From NCBI GenBank assembly GCA_963663385.2, contig CAXXXD010000001.1, positions 224,001 to 288,000 on the forward strand: a DNA stretch of 64,000 nt, read 5' to 3'. Shown here one piece after another: positions 57,379-64,000 of the stretch (the first letter of the stretch is position 1; the number at the start of each line of letters is the position of its first letter). Source of the stretch: Oceanispirochaeta sp. Lineage in GTDB: Bacteria; Spirochaetota; Spirochaetia; DSM-2461. The position numbers were made by a program, and so were the translations under genes. The notes under the pieces were generated by a model. The model saw nothing but the letters and a program-made list of their open reading frames with translations, ran no database searches and was not told where the DNA came from.

Positions 57379-57437
57379 TCATAACAAGAATATTGCTGCC
57401 GTTTCCCTTCGGTCACAGCAGAACAATGGTGTTATGA
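57379..57437 (+). repeat. Integron attC-like site (59 bp)
   Basis: TCATAAC (R'') ... ATTGCTGC (L'', one extra G) ... GCAGAAC (L') ... GTTATGA (R'); the R boxes are perfectly complementary. Confidence 0.65.
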
Positions 57438-58154
57438 TTAAAATGAAAACAATTTAAATGGAGGATTTGTATATTGTCTTAATTCTCCTGTGTAATCTCT
57501 ACGAAATGCTATGACTTTTATTAAGTAGTCCCTTTCCTTTGAAAATGGTTGTGAATATGAAAGAACTCCAAGGTCCATTTTTATATTATCAATTTCATCA
57601 ACAGATACCAACTCTGATGAATTTAATTTTGAAAGATCAATTTCAAGATTATCTTTTGAAGTCATAAATGAAAGTGCATCCTGTTGAGTTTTAACATCTA
57701 TCAAAAAGATTCCATAATAATCAGCATACTTTTTACTAATAATCTTAAGTATGGATTCATTCTTCTTTTCTACCCTAACAGGACTTGCTGGATACAAGAT
57801 AATTTTTTGATTCAAATCACTGATCTTGTATACAGAATCCTGAAGGAAGAGAAATACTGGGTTATTAATTTTAAATTCATCATCTTCTTTATTAGAAACA
57901 CTCCTTAATAAGAATTTGACGTATATCTCATCTTTTTGAGGTTCAAACTTAAAGAATTTCAAGCCAAAAATATTTAATTCCTCATCTCGAAGAATATTCC
58001 CATTCTCATCATAAGTCTTAAAATCAATTGTATAGTCCCAAATATGACTTTCTGAATCCGAATTATTAATACTTCCTTGGATTACATTACCATTAACTTT
58101 GCAACTGGCAAGAAGTAAGATTAAAAAAATCGATCGAATGCTCTTTTGTACCAT
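57438..58154 (-). CDS. Lipoprotein, putative Rhs immunity protein
   Basis: LLLASC lipobox; very AT-rich; overlaps the end of the Rhs-CT ORF. Confidence 0.65.
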   Translation of the reverse strand: MVQKSIRSIFLILLLASCKVNGNVIQGSINNSDSESHIWDYTIDFKTYDENGNILRDEELNIFGLKFFKFEPQKDEIYVKFLLRSVSNKEDDEFKINNPVFLFLQDSVYKISDLNQKIILYPASPVRVEKKNESILKIISKKYADYYGIFLIDVKTQQDALSFMTSKDNLEIDLSKLNSSELVSVDEIDNIKMDLGVLSYSQPFSKERDYLIKVIAFRRDYTGELRQYTNPPFKLFSF

Positions 58155-59235
58155 GGTCTTAAATCTTCCTTTAATGCTTTATCTATTAAGCTTGGAGATT
58201 GATGTCTAAGCTTTTCGTTTGCTTCCTTCTCAGGTAATGGGTCTCCCGATGGACTATTTGAATACAAATCATTATCAGGATTTTTTGAATCTGTAGTGTA
58301 TACTTCGTAACCGTCTAATCCTTCTGTCTTTGGATTATCATATGTTACTAAATAGTTTTTACCAAATTCTGAATTATTCATTATTTCAGCAGCATTTGGA
58401 CCAGAAAGTGCACCTACTTTTCCATAACCATTATCATGAGAATCCAAGGCTCCTAAACTTTCACCCATTCCCAGTAATATAGAACCATCCTCATATGTAT
58501 ATGTCTTATATTTGGGATCAGAATTGGGGTCAGAAATCGTTGGGCCATCCCGATGTTCTGGGTTACCATAAGGCCCTAATTGTTCTATCTTCTCTTTGAA
58601 AATTTCTTCTTCTGATTTTTCTTTCTTAGGGGCTTCATATGGTTCATTCTTCTCGGATTTATCTTCGTCATCATCATTCCCGTAATCATCACCAGGAACT
58701 CTGCTCATCCCGGATGGATCTATAAATTTAAGTGGATTGTTTGAAACATAGATAAACCAGTTTTGGCCATCCCGAGCCGGGTCCTCGGAGATAAACCGAC
58801 CGGTATCCGCATCATACCACCTGGCATTGTAGTAGTAGAGCCCGGTGTCTTCATCGAGATCCTTTCCGGTATACTTCAAATCCACATCATAGTAATCATC
58901 CGACTTCTTAACAACCGCATCACCAAAAGGCGTAGCCTCGGAAGACCAGACCTTTTCACCCGAGCATTGGTCATAAGCACGGTTGATCCCTGATGATCGG
59001 TTCCGTAATAAAGAGTCTCATCCGCTGTTACACGGGCCAGATGTCTATTCTTTAAAAAGACCGAAGTGATCACTTCGCCGGACTCCTTATCAATCTCTTC
59101 CAGGACCTTACCGGACGTATCGAATACATAATGGGTCTTCTTCCCATCCCTGTTTTCTTTCTCTACCCGGTATCCGTCTATATCATACAGGTAACGGGCG
59201 ATATTTTCCACGTTGTCACGATCAGCAAACAAACC
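58121..59235 (-). pseudogene. Orphan Rhs/YD-repeat toxin module: 5'-truncated core, 1-nt frameshift near 58962, open C-terminal domain
   Basis: Y.YD.DG.RV.K and YYGTDHQGST in one frame; GEKVWSSEATPFG..KYTGKDLDEDTGLYYYNARWYD..GRFISEDP..NW..Y..NNP..IDPSG in the next. Confidence 0.88.
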
Positions 59236-59244
59236 ATTTTTAAT

Positions 59245-59493
59245 ATGATGAAAGTTTTCTACATACAGATGAAATCTCTGGAATCCCTTCTGGATGAAGC
59301 GGAGGAGCATCTGGACAGACGGAATCTGAGGTCTGCTGAAGACTGTATCTCACGCGCTCTGGTTGTGGATGAAAGGTCTGTTGAAGCTCTGTACCTTCAG
59401 GCTGTTTATTACTCTTTGAATGGGGAAGCTGAGAAATCACAGATCTCTCTTGATACAATAAGGAAAATCGATCCAGACTTCCCGAGAAATTAA
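59245..59493 (+). CDS. Small TPR-like protein
   Basis: A...I..AL..D....EALYL.A..Y...G...K......I..DP; stop abuts the duplicated lysS terminator; start uncertain. Confidence 0.55.
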   Translation: MMKVFYIQMKSLESLLDEAEEHLDRRNLRSAEDCISRALVVDERSVEALYLQAVYYSLNGEAEKSQISLDTIRKIDPDFPRN

Positions 59494-59594
59494 AAAAACC
59501 CGATTCCTGAGAACCGGGGCCTGAATTCAAATGAATAGAGTCTAATACAATTCAAGCAACGAGAGAAACTTCTCTTTGCCGATGGTATAGAGGA
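59492..59594 (-). repeat. Displaced duplicate of the lysS 3' end plus terminator (att-like direct repeat, copy 1)
   Basis: Matches 60189-60295 apart from about 6-7 differences. Confidence 0.92.
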
Positions 59595-59601
59595 CACGGC
59601 T

Positions 59602-59820
59602 TTACTCCGTATGATTCTGGATATACTCTCTCAGAGCAGCATTCATCAATGTCTGATAACCGACTTTCTGCTCTCCTGCCAGTTTCCTGAAGTAAAGGAT
59701 AATATCGTCGTCCAGACGAATGGTTGTCGGTTTCTTGCGGGGAACGTAGAACCTTCCTCTCACTCCTTTTGAAAAATCATATTCGTCTTTTACTTCAAAC
59801 TTATCTTCCGACTGTTTCAT
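59602..59820 (-). CDS. brnA: BrnA-family antitoxin
   Basis: KDEYDFSKG.RG.F, K..TTIRLD.DII.YF, GYQT..N..LR. Confidence 0.9.
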   Translation of the reverse strand: MKQSEDKFEVKDEYDFSKGVRGRFYVPRKKPTTIRLDDDIILYFRKLAGEQKVGYQTLMNAALREYIQNHTE

Positions 59821-60091
59821 ACTGTCTCTGCTCATGGACTGTAGCCTCCCTGGCACTGATAATTCGAATAACCTCTTCATAGTTTTCATCAAAATATAAG
59901 TTGGCAACAACCAGCAGTTTTCGTTGACCGGTCAATCCTATCGTTATCCACCTTTCTTCAAAATAACTGAACCGTTCATCCATAACGGCCAGATGCAAAG
60001 GATCATCAAATACTTCTCTGGCTTCTTCAAATGAGATACCGCGTTTTTCAATATTGCTTTGATTCTTTTTTATATCCCATTCGAACCTCAT
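59801..60091 (-). CDS. brnT: BrnT-family toxin (DUF497)
   Basis: MRFEWD..KN..N..K.GISFEEA..VF.DP, E.RW.TIG, IRIISAR.AT..E...Y. Confidence 0.92.
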   Translation of the reverse strand: MRFEWDIKKNQSNIEKRGISFEEAREVFDDPLHLAVMDERFSYFEERWITIGLTGQRKLLVVANLYFDENYEEVIRIISAREATVHEQRQYETVGR

Positions 60092-60188
60092 AATTAATGA
60101 TACCCCCCCTCGTACATACATCGTCAATACATAAGTTTTAACCTTACATTACTAAATGCAGAGTAAAAGTCCGATAGAATTCAGAGTC

Positions 60189-60295
60189 AAAAAAAAGCCC
60201 CGGTTCCTGAGAACCGGGGCCTGTAATTCAAATGAATAGTGTCTAATACAATTCAAGCAACGAGAGAACCTTCTCTTTGCCGATGGTATAAAGGA
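60189..60295 (-). repeat. Active lysS 3' end plus terminator (direct repeat copy 2)
   Basis: Perfect hairpin GCCCCGGTTC-CTGA-GAACCGGGGC with a T-run on the minus strand; last ~17 codons of lysS. Confidence 0.92.
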
Positions 60296-61832
60296 AGCTG
60301 ATCAGACGGGGGCCTTTTTCCTTGGAAATAAGGGCCCGGTAAACAGCGGTAAAAAAATCCACCGATTCCAGTTCCAGTTCCTTCATCATATCGTAGACTC
60401 TGGTACCGAAATCTTTTTCATCCAGAGAATCCATATCCTCTTTGACAATAACAGCCAGACGTTTCAGAGCTTCTGTATTTTTCCCGTTCTGCTCGACCTT
60501 ACCCTCTTCGGGAGTTCTCAGGGCAAACTGGAAGTCTTCGGGAGCAAATTCCTTTACCCAGTTCCAGGCACAGACCATTCTCTGACGGAGCCTTTCCTCC
60601 TGTTCAGGCACCACATCACCCAGATAGTTCATTACCGCATCCACATCGCCGGAGAAGATCTGCAGCAGGTTGCAGAGGTGACGTATCTGAATCTGGTAGG
60701 GCATGGTCCCGGGAACCTCGCCCACCTGGGACAGTTCGTATATCCGTGCCTGTTTTTCCCACTTCTTCAGAGCTTTCTCGGACTCGGGTTTATTGAAATA
60801 AGCACGCTCGCACTTGTCATAGTCTTCATATATTTTCAGAACATCCAGATCGAAGGAAATGGCGAATTCCGTGTTGGGCCGGGTACCGGCAAACATATAC
60901 CGGATAACCTCGGGCTGATAGATTTCCAGAACATCCGCCAGGGAAATAACCTCGCCCGAAGAAGAGGAAATCTTACCGCCTCTCCCTTTGATTCTGATAA
61001 AGTCATACTGGAACGTAACGGGAGGTTCATGACCGTAAACCTCTTTCGCTGTTATCCTGGCCGTATCAAAGCTGCCGCCTTCCGAGTGGTGATCCTTTCC
61101 CGCCGGTTCAAAGTCAACCTCTTCCTGCTTCCATCTCATGGGCCAGTCGATTCTCCAGGGGAGTTTAACCGCATGGGTTGTTTTCAGATCCACCGTCTCC
61201 TCGTGACCGCATTCGCAGGTATAGCTTACACCGTAATCGCCGTCCCATCCCGTAACGGTGGTCGTATCTTTGTCACAGGCTGTACAGAAAACGGAAACCG
61301 GCATCCAGTCGTCCGCCAGAGGCGTTGTCCGGCTGGCATCCAGCTGCCGTCTGATATCTTCCTTATGAACCAGGGCTTTTTTAATTCCCTCGGCGTACTC
61401 GCTGTTCCGGTAGCGCTTGGCCTGATAGATATATTCCGGATCGACCCCTACCGCCGGCAGCAGTTTCTCCAGCTCTTTCTCATTGGCCGCAGCGTAGCTC
61501 TCCTCGCTGCCCAGTACATCGGGAACAACGACAATGGGTTTGCGCAGATACGTTTCCAGGAGCTCCTGCTTCGGCATGTTTTTGGGAACTTTTCTGAAAA
61601 CATCATAATCATCCCAGGAGTAGATAAAGCGGACTTTTTCACCCTTATCTCTCAGGGCGCGGACTACGAGTTCCACCGAGATAATCTCCCGGAAGTTTCC
61701 TATATGTACAGTACCGGAGGGGGTAATACCCGACGCACAGGTAAAGTGCTCCTTCGGTCCTCTTTCTCTGATAATTTTATCGGCGGTGATATCCGCCCAG
61801 TGTGTTGATTTCGGTTTCTTATTGTCACTCAT
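60243..61832 (-). CDS. lysS: Class I lysyl-tRNA synthetase
   Basis: HWAD, SGITPSG.VHIGN.RE, KL.WR.DWP.RW, GKDH, KISSS, GPRL..F. Confidence 0.96.
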   Translation of the reverse strand: MSDNKKPKSTHWADITADKIIRERGPKEHFTCASGITPSGTVHIGNFREIISVELVVRALRDKGEKVRFIYSWDDYDVFRKVPKNMPKQELLETYLRKPIVVVPDVLGSEESYAAANEKELEKLLPAVGVDPEYIYQAKRYRNSEYAEGIKKALVHKEDIRRQLDASRTTPLADDWMPVSVFCTACDKDTTTVTGWDGDYGVSYTCECGHEETVDLKTTHAVKLPWRIDWPMRWKQEEVDFEPAGKDHHSEGGSFDTARITAKEVYGHEPPVTFQYDFIRIKGRGGKISSSSGEVISLADVLEIYQPEVIRYMFAGTRPNTEFAISFDLDVLKIYEDYDKCERAYFNKPESEKALKKWEKQARIYELSQVGEVPGTMPYQIQIRHLCNLLQIFSGDVDAVMNYLGDVVPEQEERLRQRMVCAWNWVKEFAPEDFQFALRTPEEGKVEQNGKNTEALKRLAVIVKEDMDSLDEKDFGTRVYDMMKELELESVDFFTAVYRALISKEKGPRLISFLYTIGKEKVLSLLELY

Positions 61833-61840
61833 GGCAAGGA

Positions 61841-61869
61841 ATTATACAGACCCTTTTACCCAATGGCAA
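61841..61869 (-). promoter_or_regulatory. Sigma70 promoter of lysS (probably leaderless)
   Basis: TTGCCA-N17-TATAAT, 8 nt before the ATG. Confidence 0.72.
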
Positions 61870-61928
61870 CAGATAAGGGAGGCTCCCATACAGAAACCTC
61901 CCTCTTTGGAAAAAAATGTACCGGAAAA

Positions 61929-62498
61929 TCAGCCTCTGCGGGGCCTTCTTCCTCCGGATCTGCCCATCGGGCCATCCTGAGCCATTCCGCCCATACGTCC
62001 CATTCCATTTTCCAGAGTAAAGGTCTCGCCATCGATTTCAGCGCTCACAACGTGCAGGTAGAGGGATTCGGTTTCGTAATCCCAGGCCATACGGGCTCTT
62101 TCGGTTACATCATAACCACTCAGCTTGACACTTTCGCCGCCTTTCAGCTCAACCTGATCAAAAGCAAACCGGGGAACCATAAGAAAAACCTTTTCTCCAT
62201 TCTGTTCAATATACGGGAGCATAGCTTCCTCCAATACCAGTACACCCTCTACTTCAATGGTTTCGGGGGTTACAGGGTTTCCCTCCTCGTCGTACCAGCA
62301 GAACTCACCGGCTGCACCGCGGGGATCTCTCCGATCCATATCCCGGCCCCGGCCGAAAGTATCCTGATCCCGGGCATACGACCCGCCGGATCCTCTTCCG
62401 AATGTATCCTGAACCGGAGCCTCTTCCTTGCTGCCGCTGGCAGATAAGGCCCCTGCCGCTGTTACCACCATCAGACCAATCATCATAATCTTCTTCAT
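61929..62498 (-). CDS. Hypothetical secreted protein with G/R/M-rich low-complexity ends
   Basis: AGGAGG RBS, signal peptide, QDTFGRG twice, possibly OB-like core. Confidence 0.72.
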   Translation of the reverse strand: MKKIMMIGLMVVTAAGALSASGSKEEAPVQDTFGRGSGGSYARDQDTFGRGRDMDRRDPRGAAGEFCWYDEEGNPVTPETIEVEGVLVLEEAMLPYIEQNGEKVFLMVPRFAFDQVELKGGESVKLSGYDVTERARMAWDYETESLYLHVVSAEIDGETFTLENGMGRMGGMAQDGPMGRSGGRRPRRG

Positions 62499-62623
62499 GT
62501 CATACCTCCTGACAACTTCATTGCTTTGTTATGAAACAAACAATAAATCCGGCATATGAATAAAGTGTGAACCGCTTATGCAAAGAGTCTAAACAGATAA
62601 ACATCTCGTACCGATAGAGAAAT

Positions 62624-63214
62624 ATGACTCAAAAAAAACTATTTCTCATATTTCTTCTGGCCCATATGCTCTTCCCTTTCGGGCTTTTCGCCTTTGAGGA
62701 ACAAGGCGTCGCCTCCTGGTACGGCGGCAAATTCCATGGAAGACTCACAGCCAATGGAGAAATATTCAATACCCATGAACTGACAGCCGCCCATAAACAG
62801 CTTCCCTTCAACTCGATGGTTACGGTTACAAACCTTGCCAACGGAAAATCCGTACAGGTCCGGATAAACGACCGGGGACCCTTTGTGGAGGGCAGGATAA
62901 TTGACCTGTCCTACGCGGCTGCCGCGGAACTGGATATGATAAAAACGGGAACCGCCCCTGTACTGGTAACAGTAGAAAACCTGGAGATACTCACAGTTAC
63001 TTTTAACATTCAGGTAGGCGCCTATAAAAATCTGGAAAATGCCGCAGCCATGAAAGAAAAACTGGAAAGCAACGGATTCTCTCCCAGGGCTCAATTGAGT
63101 AATAAGGGGATCACCAGAATTCTCCTGACCGGGATTCCGGAGGGAGAAACGGCCAGCTATGCCAGGAAACTGGAACAGATCGGGATTACCAATATCCTGA
63201 TCAAGCAGAACTGA
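62624..63214 (+). CDS. rlpA: RlpA-family lytic transglycosylase (DPBB + SPOR)
   Basis: [48 protein letters not shown]...ENA. Confidence 0.92.
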   Translation: MTQKKLFLIFLLAHMLFPFGLFAFEEQGVASWYGGKFHGRLTANGEIFNTHELTAAHKQLPFNSMVTVTNLANGKSVQVRINDRGPFVEGRIIDLSYAAAAELDMIKTGTAPVLVTVENLEILTVTFNIQVGAYKNLENAAAMKEKLESNGFSPRAQLSNKGITRILLTGIPEGETASYARKLEQIGITNILIKQN

Positions 63215-63216
63215 GA

Positions 63217-63876
63217 GTGATAAACAAGTTAAGAAAGTCAGGAAATCTGACTGCCCTTGTTCTATTCCTTTTCTGCTCCACCTATCTCAACTCGGAAGGG
63301 AAACAGGAAAAAGAACTTGATGTGAAATGGTTTGGACAAACCCGGGAGGAACGCTGGGGTAATCAGAACCTGGGAACAAGCGAGACCCTCACCATACACT
63401 CCCACGGCTGCGCCCTGACGGCGGCGGCCATGGTACTGGATTACTACGGTTTACGCACCAATCCTTCCAGATTGAATAAATGGCTTGTAAAACATGACGG
63501 GTTTGACGACGGCTGGGATGATGACAGCGGAGAGTATCTGGGTAAAGTCAGGATACTCTGGGAGAGCATCGTAAACGGGATGGATGAAATATCCTCCTAT
63601 ACCAGAGTGGATTTCAGGGATCGTCCGGCGGATACGGATCTGATACGATCCTATCTGGACAGGGAGATCCCCGTTATTGCCGAAGTTCTCCGTCCCAAAG
63701 GGATCCCTCACTTTGTCGTTATTTACGGGTATAGGGATGGAGACTTTCTGATTCGGGATCCCCTGAATAAACGGGCCCGGCTATTGAGTGAAACGTACAA
63801 TATATCCGACGAATACGGCAGGGGACCGGAAAGGAATATTCTGGGGATCCGGATCTATGAACCCGACGGCTCCTGA
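63217..63876 (+). CDS. C39-like cysteine peptidase, secreted
   Basis: Q....W, GCALT..AM (Cys), HFVV..G (His), I.DP (Asp). Confidence 0.8.
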   Translation: MINKLRKSGNLTALVLFLFCSTYLNSEGKQEKELDVKWFGQTREERWGNQNLGTSETLTIHSHGCALTAAAMVLDYYGLRTNPSRLNKWLVKHDGFDDGWDDDSGEYLGKVRILWESIVNGMDEISSYTRVDFRDRPADTDLIRSYLDREIPVIAEVLRPKGIPHFVVIYGYRDGDFLIRDPLNKRARLLSETYNISDEYGRGPERNILGIRIYEPDGS

Positions 63877-64000
63877 GGGGCGTCCAGAAGAAGAGGACCA
63901 AAGCGCCGTATCCCGATCAGCCCGATGGGAGCTGTAAAAATAATGGATAACACCGCCAGAGCCAGAATCAGCTCTCCTTCAGCCACACCGGCGGCAAGGG
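63855..64000 (-). CDS. C-terminal end of a probable cation:proton antiporter; runs off the window end
   Basis: My translation LAAGVAEGELILALAVLSIIFTAPIGLIGIRRFGPLLL...*, resembling the last TM of CPA-family exchangers. Confidence 0.55.
   Translation of the reverse strand, partial: LAAGVAEGELILALAVLSIIFTAPIGLIGIRRFGPLLLDAPQEPSGS

Noticed and set aside
57160..57440. CRISPR array or tRNA
   Set aside because: No equally spaced identical repeats, no cloverleaf or T-loop consensus, no cas genes
59236..59310. 5' part of the 58876-59310 ORF as genuine Rhs sequence
   Set aside because: It overlaps the + strand TPR gene and lacks YD-repeat character; treated as read-through past the truncation point
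56350..60300. Prophage, IS or integrase within the island
   Set aside because: No transposase, recombinase or phage structural ORF is visible
60678..61808. 376-aa + strand ORF
   Set aside because: Antisense shadow of lysS; no motifs or RBS

Overview
Bacterial chromosomal window, most likely from a free-living spirochaete (Spirochaetaceae-like). This rests on the class I lysyl-tRNA synthetase, a Borrelia-type Ndk, a FabV/TER enoyl reductase and a Bat/MoxR operon. Bases 1-56.3 kb are mostly core or housekeeping genes: the end of an RND pump plus a P-II-like partner, a GldAFG/DUF4340 ABC system, argA-tatD-sppA, a purine/nucleoside salvage cluster (BMP-ABC, ndk, ade, NCS2, yjjG), a fabH-D-G-F-Z-V operon without acpP, dksA, infA, a MoxR-Bat operon, argJ, cobQ, rmuC, an aminopeptidase, clpP, era, and an ErcA-like ADH plus histidine kinase pair. 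From about 56.35 to 60.3 kb lies a lower-GC accessory patch directly downstream of lysS. It holds a truncated XRE-HTH gene, a RelBE-type TA pair, two integron attC-like hairpins (one exactly 59 bp and abutting a stop codon), a frameshifted Rhs core with an unrecognised C-terminal domain plus a lipoprotein immunity candidate, and a BrnT/BrnA TA pair enclosed by a ~100-bp direct duplication of the lysS 3' end and terminator. No integrase, tRNA, rRNA or CRISPR array was seen. Several housekeeping genes appear to be leaderless, and sigma28-like promoters precede non-flagellar genes. All product calls come from motif recognition only; no database search was run.
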